A stretch of DNA of 64,000 bases from Spirochaetia bacterium. GTDB lineage: Bacteria; Spirochaetota; Spirochaetia; DSM-2461. This document shows, in pieces, positions 1 through 14,061 of this stretch (position 1 is the stretch's first letter; each line of letters begins with the position of its first letter). The translations under genes were made by a program, and so were the position numbers. Where the stretch lies: positions 3,872,001-3,936,000 of the forward strand of contig OY764216.1 in the NCBI GenBank assembly GCA_963668315.1. The letters are read 5' to 3'. Under the pieces are notes generated by a model. The model was given only the letters and a program-made list of their open reading frames with translations, ran no database searches and was not told the DNA's origin.

Positions 1-107
1 ATATAGAGATATCCGAGGTAATAAAAACGACTTTCACGGGCGGGGACTTGCCGGTGAAACTTATTTCATGACATAATAATTTATTGGTACCCACAAAGAG
101 GTAAATA

Positions 108-1112
108 GTGGATAAGCTGCGCATTTTCAGTATAGGAAATATTCTTATTGATATCCTGGCGGATGTCACCGACGGGGAGATAGCCTCTCTTGATCTGGAC
201 AAGGGCATCATGAAGCTGGTGGATGACGGGGAAAGAAAGAAAATTCTTGATTTCCTCAAAGAGAGGAAATGCGAGTATAACTGCGGCGGTTCCGCCCCCA
301 ATACGACAATCGCCCTCTCCGGACTGGGCGTGGCCTGCGGATTATCCGGGAAAGTGGGAGACGATGAACTGGGAAGGAAATACATAAAGCGCCTTCAGGA
401 GCAGGGTGTCCGGTCCTATGTCTCTTCCGGAAAGGGGCACACGGGAACGAGCATTATCCTTATTACTCCCGATTCGGAAAGAACCATGAATACAAGCCTC
501 GGCATCAACAGGGAGTATTCCCTGAACGAGCTGAATGGCGAAGCCATCGGTGAAGCGGACTATTTTTACTTCACCGGCTACATGTGGGATACCGATTCCC
601 AGAAAACGGCCCTTCTCGAAGCCATCAATACCGCCCGCATGAACGGCACGAAGATAGCCTTTGACCTGGCCGATCCCTTCGCCGTCAGCAGAAGCAGGGA
701 TGATTTTCTCAGTATGATTCACCATCATTACGATATCGTCTTTGCCAACCGTGAAGAAGCGAGACTGCTCTTCGACAGTCATTCCGTTGAAGAATCCGTT
801 GAGAGACTGGCCCACCTCTGCGAGATTGCCATTGTCAAAGACGGCAGCAACGGCTCTTACGTCGCCTCCGGCGGCAAGGTATGGAAAATTCCCGTGTTCA
901 AGGTGGATGCCGTAGATTCCACCGGGGCGGGAGACACCTATTCCGCCGGTTTTCTCTACGGCCTGACCCAGGGCTTTTCCCTGGAAAAATCCGGCCTCTT
1001 TGCCTCCTGGCTGGCATCCAGGATCGTGACGGCCAAGGGAGCCCAGTTTACCGGCGGGATGATGTCCGAAATCAGAAAAGCCTTGAGAGAGGGAACCTGG
1101 GAAAGAGATTGA
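108..1112 (+). CDS. PfkB-family carbohydrate/nucleoside kinase (adenosine kinase-like)
   Basis: GGSAPNT and DSTGAGDTYSAGFL PfkB signatures; GTG start after GAGG. Confidence 0.88.
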   Translation: MDKLRIFSIGNILIDILADVTDGEIASLDLDKGIMKLVDDGERKKILDFLKERKCEYNCGGSAPNTTIALSGLGVACGLSGKVGDDELGRKYIKRLQEQGVRSYVSSGKGHTGTSIILITPDSERTMNTSLGINREYSLNELNGEAIGEADYFYFTGYMWDTDSQKTALLEAINTARMNGTKIAFDLADPFAVSRSRDDFLSMIHHHYDIVFANREEARLLFDSHSVEESVERLAHLCEIAIVKDGSNGSYVASGGKVWKIPVFKVDAVDSTGAGDTYSAGFLYGLTQGFSLEKSGLFASWLASRIVTAKGAQFTGGMMSEIRKALREGTWERD

Positions 1113-1143
1113 GGATTATGGAAGGACAGGCCGATACTGTACT

Positions 1144-1749
1144 ATGAACAGGAGAACGGCAACATTATTCATACTCTTCATCGGAATGACTCCCCTTCTT
1201 CAGGCCTATGAGGAGGAGGGAATCGCCTCATGGTACGGCCCCGCGTTCCAGGGGAATAAAACGGCGAACGGGGAGATTTTCGATACGGAAAAATTGACGG
1301 CCGCCCATAAAACCCTTCCCTTCGGCACCGTGGTGAAAGTAACCAATCTCAATAACGGTCAGACCGTCATGGTCAGGATAAACGATCGCGGCCCCTATGT
1401 GGACGGCCGGGTGATCGACCTCTCCCGCAAAGGGGCGGAGGCCATAGGCATGATATCATCGGGAACGGCGCCGGTCAGGGTGGAGACGGTTGATCCCCAG
1501 GTGGAAGCCATCGACTATTCCGCTCCCCTGACCTTTACGATTCAGGTTGCTTCATTCTCCGATCTGGCTAACGCCCTCAGCCTGAAAAAGAAATTATCAG
1601 ACGCGGGATATACTCCCACGGCGGAACTCTCCAATGAAGGAATGACGCGGCTCTCTATAAAAAATATCCCCGCCTCCCGCTGTTACGACATCGTAAAAGA
1701 CCTGGAAGGCAGGGGAATTACGGGACTGGTGATCAAGCAGAACCGCTAG
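1144..1749 (+). CDS. rlpA: Septal ring lytic transglycosylase RlpA with C-terminal SPOR domain
   Basis: Signal peptide; GIASWYG..TANGE..TAAHKTLPFGT..VRINDRGP..IDLS; SPOR-like IQVASFSD..NA. Confidence 0.92.
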   Translation: MNRRTATLFILFIGMTPLLQAYEEEGIASWYGPAFQGNKTANGEIFDTEKLTAAHKTLPFGTVVKVTNLNNGQTVMVRINDRGPYVDGRVIDLSRKGAEAIGMISSGTAPVRVETVDPQVEAIDYSAPLTFTIQVASFSDLANALSLKKKLSDAGYTPTAELSNEGMTRLSIKNIPASRCYDIVKDLEGRGITGLVIKQNR

Positions 1750-1753
1750 GATT

Positions 1754-2938
1754 TTAACCGATACTTTCCAGCCAGTGGCGGATTAGCTTGCCGCATTTGT
1801 TCTCGTTGATTTTAACAACCTTGAACTCTCTTTCGGCGCTCTCCGGAGAATCGGAGGCATGGGCCGTATTCACCATGACATCATGGCCGAACTCGCGCCT
1901 GACCGTACCGCCGGGGGCTTTTGTGGGATCGGTGGGTCCCAGTACCTCGCGGATTTTCTGTACCGCGTTCTCCCCTTCATAAACGACAAACATACATTTG
2001 ACCCTGCCCGAATCGTCCCTCTCTTCCAGGGGACACTCATCGGGACGGCGTCCGGTCATGAACTCCACGATCTTGGAAAACTGATCATAGGCGTAGGCAT
2101 CGCCGAACTCTTTCTTAATAAGATCGGCCGTCTCTCTGGAGAGATTCAGCTCGAAGGACTCCTCGAGGGATGCCACAGCCTTGGCTCCTATGGAAGGTCC
2201 GAGTTTTTCCTTAAGGGTTTCCTCTACGGCGCCGTAAAACTCCAGACCTTCGTTTACGGACATCTGATAAATCTTGCAGCCCACGATCCTCAGACCGGTG
2301 CGGGAAAACATATCCAGAATCGTGCCCGGACGGCTCGAGGGATAGCGCCAGTTGTCCGGCTTGATGATGACGAGAGTTTTCTCTATCTTCTCGGGATGGG
2401 GATAAACCATATTGCGAACAATATTGTCGGCATTCTCGATGGCGGAAGCGAAAATTTTCAGGTTATGAACAGCCACTTCCTGGTTGGGAGGAGTGAGAAC
2501 GGCCGGTTCAATATAGATGGGATAATCGGGATTATCCCTGTCATAGATAAGGTCGGCATAGGTATCCCGGATCGTTTCGCCCGTAATGGACTCAACACCC
2601 CGGTTCTCCGAAAAGAGTGCCCCCGTAACATCGGTCAGCTTACGGCAGGCGTCCTTACCTCTGAAGAGAAATAAGGCCACACGGTGAGGCCTGTCCTCGG
2701 GCATCATGTTTCGAATAATATAATCGGAAAGGAGCTTACCGCTCCCCGGTTTCCTGGGATTGTTAAAACGGATCATGGATTCCGCGTAGGCTTCTACGGT
2801 TTCCTTGCTGGGAGTAAATATCTGCGCCCCGATCAGCTCAAGATCGACGCGGGATAAAAGACGGGACAGCACACCGCCTGTTCTTGATTTGGCCAGAGTA
2901 TAGGGAGTGGCCAGGACATAGGATAATTCTTCAGTCAT
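1754..2938 (-). CDS. ndk: Nucleoside-diphosphate kinase, long two-domain form
   Basis: C-terminal TLVIIKPD, GPTDP..APGGTVRREFG, NTAHASDS (catalytic His); degenerate N-terminal NDK-like repeat. Confidence 0.88.
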   Translation of the reverse strand: MTEELSYVLATPYTLAKSRTGGVLSRLLSRVDLELIGAQIFTPSKETVEAYAESMIRFNNPRKPGSGKLLSDYIIRNMMPEDRPHRVALFLFRGKDACRKLTDVTGALFSENRGVESITGETIRDTYADLIYDRDNPDYPIYIEPAVLTPPNQEVAVHNLKIFASAIENADNIVRNMVYPHPEKIEKTLVIIKPDNWRYPSSRPGTILDMFSRTGLRIVGCKIYQMSVNEGLEFYGAVEETLKEKLGPSIGAKAVASLEESFELNLSRETADLIKKEFGDAYAYDQFSKIVEFMTGRRPDECPLEERDDSGRVKCMFVVYEGENAVQKIREVLGPTDPTKAPGGTVRREFGHDVMVNTAHASDSPESAEREFKVVKINENKCGKLIRHWLESIG

Positions 2939-3029
2939 ACAAATTCCTTAATGCAGACCTCCCCCTTGGCTCTGGGGGAGGAATAAATTCATTAAGGTGT
3001 AGAATAACGGCAAAAGTGTGACTTGGCAA
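2939..3029 (-). promoter_or_regulatory. ndk sigma70-type promoter and hairpin-forming 5' leader
   Basis: TTGCCA(3029-3024)-17 bp-TATTCT(3006-3001); leader has CCUCCCCC/GGGGGAGG and CCUUAAUG/CAUUAAGG stems. Confidence 0.6.
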
Positions 3030-3072
3030 GTGTGGAAAGGACAATTATGACAAGGTTGTACCAGATTTCGTA

Positions 3073-3705
3073 CTAATTAACCAGTTTATTACGAAACAGC
3101 TCGCCCCCCTGAAAACCGGCCATGGCCTCATCAACCCTTTTTTCCGTTTCACCCATGATCCTGAGAAGCTCCTGATCGGCCTGCAGCTCTAACTCGGTAA
3201 TCATATGCCCCTTTCTCTCCTCGTCATAGCTTTTAATGAACGTACGGTTTTTCTCGCCGGGAAAAAGAAGGCTGTACTCATAGTAAGAGGAGGCGCAGAG
3301 ACGCTCATCGCAATAGTAGAAATACACAAGGCTGTTACGGACGGCCTTGTCGGAACGCTGGAAATAGTAGCTCACCCTGACCAGGGGATGAAAGTTATCA
3401 TCATAGAGATAATAGTAGTAGTAAAGGGGCTCCCGCGACTGAAAGGTCAGCGCCTCGGTCATGATACCCGACTCATTCAGGTACACCACCGTATAGCTGC
3501 CCATGGACAGGGCTTCCCTTTCGGTCATGGGATGATAAAAAAGCGGAGCTTTGTCAAAGCTGTTGCCGTCGATCATATAGAAGAAATCTTTCCAGTATTC
3601 CTCCTTGGCATAAAGATGAGAGGTTCCGATTACCGCCAGCAGGATAACGGTTAAAATCAGCCGTGCTTGTACTGTTGCCGAACCGGGACGCTCTCCTATG
3701 ATCAA
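3073..3705 (-). CDS. Hypothetical exported protein, Tyr-rich
   Basis: 210-aa ORF overlapping the upstream stop codon; hydrophobic N-terminal signal-like segment; no recognised motif. Confidence 0.6.
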   Translation of the reverse strand: MIIGERPGSATVQARLILTVILLAVIGTSHLYAKEEYWKDFFYMIDGNSFDKAPLFYHPMTEREALSMGSYTVVYLNESGIMTEALTFQSREPLYYYYYLYDDNFHPLVRVSYYFQRSDKAVRNSLVYFYYCDERLCASSYYEYSLLFPGEKNRTFIKSYDEERKGHMITELELQADQELLRIMGETEKRVDEAMAGFQGGELFRNKLVN

Positions 3706-5036
3706 TCACCCCTCTCCGTTACCCAGCGGGCCGCTTCGGCCATCATATCAAGGCTTTTGAGGATATGTTCCGTGCTTTCAAAACCATAGGAGAGGCGCAG
3801 AGAACGGCTCCCCTTCTCTCTCAGTTCCCCCCGGGGAGAAACACAGAAATCACCGGGGATATAGATGACCCGGGGTTTCTTCCCCCCCTCGGCCATATCT
3901 AGGTCTTCATCTCCCGTGATCCTGTTGAGCCACTTGAAAAAAGGGCTGTCCTCACCGGTTTTGATATCACGGAAGGTAAGGTAGAGATAAAATCCGGCGG
4001 AGCCGCCGATACACTCCTCAAGCCAGGGGCCCAGTTTTTCCCGGACAGCGGGCTGGAGTATCTCCGCCTTCTCCCTGTAGCCGCCGTTGACAAAATCAAG
4101 CTGCTCCTCGAGCTTATGGTCCAGCAGCCAGGAGGCGATATCCTGATTGATAAGGGGGGCGGAAAACCCCGCATCGTTGGTTTTCTGGATGATGCCGTCC
4201 AGCAGGATGCCCGGAGGGGCGATGAGATACCCCATGCGCAGGGCGGGGGCCAGCACCTTGGAGAGGGTTCCGATCTCGTAGATGATCCCCATTTCGTCAA
4301 AGAGCATGCCGGAAAGGGGCTTCTCCTGTTCGGGATCATGGACCAGATCCTCGTAAGCCTTGTCGAATATCACCGGAAGGGGACGGTCTCTTCGGCGGGA
4401 AAATTCCGTAAATATATCGACGATTTGCTTTCTCCTCCCGTTGGAAAGGATGGAGCCGGAGGGATTGTTAATGGTAATAATATAGGCGTAACTGACCCTG
4501 TCGGCGTCCAGATCGGGAGAAGCCAGCAGAGCCTCCAGTTTTTCGGGGATCATACCGTCCGCGTCTTCCGGAACGGTAAGGACTTCAAAGCCTTTCCTTT
4601 CGAGATACTCCGTGTAGATGTAGTACATCGGCTCGGCGGTAATAACGATACCCCGGGCCATGACTTCTGAAAAAGCCTCCAGAAGATTGGTGGCGCCGTT
4701 GGCTCCGATGACAATCTCCCTTTTGTCCATAATTTCCCGGGTCACCCCCCCGACTTTCTTATTCACGTAGTAATTCTTAAGAGAAGCAATGAGATGGGGC
4801 GATCCCTGGGCACTTCCGTAATTCAGAGACTGTCTGTAGGCGCTCTCTTTGCTTATCACTTCCCTGTAGGCTTCCCCTATGGTGTCGGCGGGAATGGTAT
4901 CCTCGTTGACGTAGCCCACGCCGAGGTTTATATCAATTCCGTCACGGAAATCAAGGGCAAACTGACTGTTCATCCGGCTCACCGGGGCCGGAATCAGGCT
5001 CTTCCTTCCGTATTCGGACAGGTTAATCTCTTTCAC
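3702..5036 (-). CDS. PLP-dependent aminotransferase, class I/II (MocR-like enzyme without HTH)
   Basis: NNPSG, DKAY and GTLSKVLAPALRMGY (PLP lysine) motifs. Confidence 0.88.
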   Translation of the reverse strand: MKEINLSEYGRKSLIPAPVSRMNSQFALDFRDGIDINLGVGYVNEDTIPADTIGEAYREVISKESAYRQSLNYGSAQGSPHLIASLKNYYVNKKVGGVTREIMDKREIVIGANGATNLLEAFSEVMARGIVITAEPMYYIYTEYLERKGFEVLTVPEDADGMIPEKLEALLASPDLDADRVSYAYIITINNPSGSILSNGRRKQIVDIFTEFSRRRDRPLPVIFDKAYEDLVHDPEQEKPLSGMLFDEMGIIYEIGTLSKVLAPALRMGYLIAPPGILLDGIIQKTNDAGFSAPLINQDIASWLLDHKLEEQLDFVNGGYREKAEILQPAVREKLGPWLEECIGGSAGFYLYLTFRDIKTGEDSPFFKWLNRITGDEDLDMAEGGKKPRVIYIPGDFCVSPRGELREKGSRSLRLSYGFESTEHILKSLDMMAEAARWVTERGD

Positions 5037-6208
5037 TGGATGTACTCCTCTTCTTCTCTCATGATTATTAATTCTCCCGCCTCTTCGCGGGTTCGCAAAT
5101 AGTCCAGAAATTCTTTGGTCATTTCCTCGGCATCGGACCGTCTGATCGGCCCCAGTAGAGCCGATTCCTCTTCCACGAACTGCCGTCTCCTCGTGGAAAG
5201 ATTCTGAAGGATACGGTTCTGTATCTCCTCTTCCTTGCCCCGGAGAAGCCGGGCGATATTTTTCTCGGAAAAATCCAGGAGCACTTTCTGCAGATCCTCA
5301 TCACGCATATGGAGGACCGCATCGATAGTCAGAAGCTGCTCCTTGATCTCGTCGGACAGGTTTCTGTCTTCCTCGGCCAGATCTTCCAGGATTTTCCGTT
5401 CCTCCGCGAGGGGCATGTATTTGAGAATACTGGCCAGCTTTCCCCGGCCGTCCATCTCAAGGGTTTCCATCCGGCCCTGTCTGTTTAAGCGGTCCATCAG
5501 GGTCTCTTCCATCAGGGAGAGGGTCTTTTTGTCGATTTTCTGCATGTGGGCCATCCTGAGGATAACCGTTCTCTTCATATCCCCGTCAAGGGACCGTAAA
5601 ATCTGACCCGATTTCTCCGCCGGAAGGGAACTCAGCAATACCGACAGGACCAGAGGAGACTCCTCTTTGACAAGATTTAAAAGCTGGGGCAGTTCCACAT
5701 CCGCCAGGAAGGAAAAGGGGGCGGGGCGGGATTCGGGCACGGCTTTTTCCAGGATTTGCTTCCCCTTCTCGCTGCCGAAGGCCGCATTAAGGATCTCCCT
5801 GGCCGTTCCAATACCCCCGGCGGAACGATCGGGCCGCACCTTTTTGAGAAAGCCGAACTCCTCCAGGATAGCCTGGGATTCAACGGCATCCACCCGGGAA
5901 ATGGAGGCGATGCGCGAACAGATGGCCTCTACATTCTCTTCGGGAAGATTTTTCATGATACCGGCCGCTTCTTCCTTTCCCAGAAGCATAAGGAATTTGG
6001 CCGTATGGTCCAGTTTTTCATCAAGATTGTCCGGAGCGCCGGATTTTTTCAGAAGGCCCTGTTTTTTCTGGATTTCCTCAAGGAAGCGGTCGCCCCGGCC
6101 CTGGGGAGCATCGGGCACAGGATTTTCCTCGGCGGAATCTTTACCGGTGGGAGGATTATTGATTTTCATATCCTGTACTTTCTTATATAGATCGATGCCT
6201 CTCGCCAT
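5033..6208 (-). CDS. fliG: Flagellar motor switch protein FliG, orphan paralog
   Basis: AKFLMLLGKEEAA, GGIGTAREIL, PFSFL, ESP, LSTRRR..EE..GPIRRSD FliG motifs. Confidence 0.85.
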   Translation of the reverse strand: MARGIDLYKKVQDMKINNPPTGKDSAEENPVPDAPQGRGDRFLEEIQKKQGLLKKSGAPDNLDEKLDHTAKFLMLLGKEEAAGIMKNLPEENVEAICSRIASISRVDAVESQAILEEFGFLKKVRPDRSAGGIGTAREILNAAFGSEKGKQILEKAVPESRPAPFSFLADVELPQLLNLVKEESPLVLSVLLSSLPAEKSGQILRSLDGDMKRTVILRMAHMQKIDKKTLSLMEETLMDRLNRQGRMETLEMDGRGKLASILKYMPLAEERKILEDLAEEDRNLSDEIKEQLLTIDAVLHMRDEDLQKVLLDFSEKNIARLLRGKEEEIQNRILQNLSTRRRQFVEEESALLGPIRRSDAEEMTKEFLDYLRTREEAGELIIMREEEEYIQ

Positions 6209-6254
6209 AAACCCCTCGAAATATATTATAACAGCCCCGAAAAGAGGTCAACCC

Positions 6255-6292
6255 AAAAAATAACCCCCGTCCCAGAGAATTGGGAACGGGGG
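6255..6292 (-). terminator. Intrinsic terminator of gltBD
   Basis: CCCCCGT(T)CCCA-loop-TGGGACGGGGG followed by a T-rich run on the minus strand, just after the gltD stop. Confidence 0.75.
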
Positions 6293-6312
6293 CATATTTC
6301 GGGGCTGTAATC

Positions 6313-7730
6313 CTATTTACTTAAATACTCATCCACCGCGTCGGCGGCGCAGCGGCCGTGATTGATCGCCCGCACGACGAGAGAAGCACCGGTCATGGCG
6401 TCTCCCGCGGCAAAAACACCTTCACAGCTGGTCTGGTAGTTATTGGTTACCACATTTCCCCGGCCGTCAAGTTCAAGGTTCAGATCATTGACGATAGGAC
6501 CGTGCTCCAGGTGGACAAAACCCATTGCCAGAAGGACAAGATCCACATCGAGGGAGAATTCACTTCCCGGAACGGGTTTCATGTTGAACCTTCCGTCCAC
6601 ATTTTCCCACTCCACCTTCTTCATGTTCGCCTTGCAGACCCTACCGTCCTTGCCTTCGAAACTGTTTGTGTCCACAAGCCAGTCCTGCTCGCAGCCTTCC
6701 TTATGGGAGGAGGAAACCCGGAGGATACGGGGCCATTCGGGCCAGACCGGATTCCAGGATTTGTCCCACTCCATGGGCTTGGGCATGATCTCGTACTGAT
6801 ACACCTTTTTGGCGCCCTGGCGAATCGATGTTCCCACGCAGTCAGAACCGGTATCACCGCCGCCGATAACCAGAACGGTTTTGCCCTTGGCTGAAATTTC
6901 CTCCTGGGTCACTTTCTCGTTGAATGATCTTTTAGCCGACTGGGAAAGGAACTCCATGGCATAATGAACGCCCTTGAGATCCCTTCCCTCCACGGGAAGG
7001 TTCCGGGGAGCGCCGGCTCCCACGGTAATCAGGACAGCGTCGAAACGGTTCTTGATATAGTTGATGGAAATATCCTTTCCAATCTCCACTCCCGTTTCAA
7101 AATTGATGCCTTCCTGCTTCATCAGCTCAAGACGCCGGTCAATGACGGTCTTTTCCATTTTGAAATTGGGAATACCGTAGCGCATCAGGCCGCCGATATG
7201 CTTGTCCTTTTCAAAAAGAGTGACCGTGTGTCCCATTCTTCTCAGCTGCTGGGCGGCCGCCATGCCCGAAGGGCCTCCCCCGATAACGGCGACGGTCTTA
7301 CCCGTTTCCACCAGAGGAGGATGGGGCACGACCCAGCCCTCTTCGAAGGCTTTTTCAATAATAGCCAGCTCGATCTGGTTAATCGCCACAGGGGCGTCAT
7401 TAATACTCAGCGTACAGGATGTCTCACAGGGCGCGGGGCAGATCGTTCCGGTAAATTCGGGGAAATTGTTGGTAATTTCCAGCCGCTCGTAAGCCTCTTT
7501 CCACTGTCCCCGGTAAACCGCGTCATTCCATTCGGGAATGAGGTTTTCCACGGGGCATCCCAGGTTATGGCAGAAGGGGGTACCGCAGTCCATGCAGCGG
7601 GCGCCCTGCTCCTGGAGTTCTTCCACCTTTTTGAATATGCGAACCTGGTTATAATCCTTAACCCGGTCCTTTTTATCCCGATAGACGAATTCCGATCTAT
7701 CGAATTCTGTAAATCCCAGTACTTTTCCCA

Positions 7731-7731
<1 letters not shown>
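6313..7731 (-). CDS. gltD: Glutamate synthase small subunit
   Basis: RCMDCGTPFC, NNFPEFTG.ICPAPCE, GGGPSG, GGGDTGSDC. Confidence 0.97.
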
Positions 7732-12257
<4,526 letters not shown>

Positions 12258-12507
12258 TCCGTACTCCTTATGAAATAATCCTACCGAATAGTAGGAATCA
12301 ACCTTTTATCGATAGTAATACAAATACCAGATATTACTCATAAATATTCACAACCTCCCGGACTGGTCCGGAATAACTCCGTATATTTATTCATATTTTT
12401 TACGGCAATCCATTGCCACGTGGAAAATACTATAATATAAAAGATACATATTTGTCAATTGAGGAGAGAAAATAATTCCAGAATGTATGATCATTTAAGG
12501 GGGGGCC

Positions 12508-14022
12508 CTATCGGAGCAGCGTGTCGATGGTATTTCTTACACCGTCGAAATCTATATCTTCCACATAATCGATAAGCAGGTGGATAGCCCGGTTCCAGTC
12601 CTTGCCCCAGTCAAAGGATTCGTACTGGCTGAAATTGGTAAGCAGACCGTTATAGTCTCCCGCTTCGGCCAGGGGGATATTCTCTTTCAACAGTTCCTTC
12701 TGATGACTGTCGATGGTGAAACCGGTAATTTCATCCTGCCCCGAATCACCTTTCTCTTCACTTGCCGGATTAAGGGAACGCAGCTCCTCCACCACAAGCC
12801 TCAGGGTTTCGATAAAGCGGGGCATCATCTCTTCGGCTTCCCCTCTCTCGTCTTTTCGGAGATAACCTTCCAGGATATTCGCTTCATTCTGGAGGGAGAA
12901 CGCCCCCAGGATACCCGCCACGCCTTTTATGCTGTGAATAAGGATCTGGGCTTCCTTCGGATTTTCCCCGTAAAGGGCGGGAAGTTTATCGGGCACGGGA
13001 CCGTAATCGGTAATAAAATCGGAGGTAACGGTGAAGTAGAGATCCCGGTTATTCTCAAGATTCCCTATGGCCTTCTCCACATCCACATAGAAAGAGGAGC
13101 CGATTCTCCTTTCGCCCGTCAGACCGCCTCCCTGCTTTTCAATAAGCGCCTCGGAGGCTGGACTGTGACTTGTGTACCCTTTCATCAGCTTAAGCAGATT
13201 AATCCCGTCCGAGGAGATCTTGCGGATGCTGTCCAGCATCTCCCTGACCACCGGATTATCGCTTTTATTCATGGCTATTTCGGCATAACCGAGAATGCCG
13301 CTGACCAGATTGCCGACCTTATCTCCCAGTTCATCGACCTTCATGCAGCTTATTTCCACTTCGGAAAGACGGTCAAGACGCTCCATGAGATAGTGCTCAC
13401 CCGTTTTGTCATCGATATTAAGGAAGAATTTATTGTCCCCGAGCCCCACCATGTAGAAATCCAGCCAGAGATACTGGCTGTTCAGATCAAAGCGGAAGTG
13501 ACTCATCTCCCTGTTGCGGCCCGGCTCCATATGCGCGATTTTTCCCAGGACCCTGTCATTAATCTCTTTGCTGAAGATCCGCTCCAGCGAGGACGAAGCG
13601 CTTCTCTGGCCGAGCAGAATGGAGAGATCACCGACGAAATGGGATCTTTCGACATTGCCTTCTCTGTCGACAATAAGAAAACTGCTGTTCAGATTATCAA
13701 GAAGGACGCGTTTGAATCTTTCACTCTCCTTCAGAAGAGAGTCATTGTAATTCTCCATATAATGGATTTTAAAGAAAATATTCCGGTAATTTCCGTCCCG
13801 GCTCATACGGCAGAAAAAAGAATCGCCCAGCTTACAGTTTTTGCAGTCACCCTTGCTGATGGGGCAGTACTCCCTTATCTGTTCAACAACCTTTTCGAGA
13901 TAGGGCTTGGCGTACTCATTATAATTAACCACTCGCTTGTCTTTATCCAGGGAGATCAGACCAATTTCAAGATCTCCGGCCAGATCGACAAGCTCATCGG
14001 AGTATAAAATCTCTTCCATCAC
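12508..14022 (-). CDS. Hpt-domain protein with PAS-like region and degenerate HisKA
   Basis: IHSIKGVAGILGA Hpt motif; DKVGNLVSGILGYAEIA resembles an H-box without His; no HATPase. Confidence 0.65.
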   Translation of the reverse strand: MMEEILYSDELVDLAGDLEIGLISLDKDKRVVNYNEYAKPYLEKVVEQIREYCPISKGDCKNCKLGDSFFCRMSRDGNYRNIFFKIHYMENYNDSLLKESERFKRVLLDNLNSSFLIVDREGNVERSHFVGDLSILLGQRSASSSLERIFSKEINDRVLGKIAHMEPGRNREMSHFRFDLNSQYLWLDFYMVGLGDNKFFLNIDDKTGEHYLMERLDRLSEVEISCMKVDELGDKVGNLVSGILGYAEIAMNKSDNPVVREMLDSIRKISSDGINLLKLMKGYTSHSPASEALIEKQGGGLTGERRIGSSFYVDVEKAIGNLENNRDLYFTVTSDFITDYGPVPDKLPALYGENPKEAQILIHSIKGVAGILGAFSLQNEANILEGYLRKDERGEAEEMMPRFIETLRLVVEELRSLNPASEEKGDSGQDEITGFTIDSHQKELLKENIPLAEAGDYNGLLTNFSQYESFDWGKDWNRAIHLLIDYVEDIDFDGVRNTIDTLLR

Positions 14023-14061
14023 TTATCATTATAAGCGACGGAAGAGAAATATCAAATTCTT

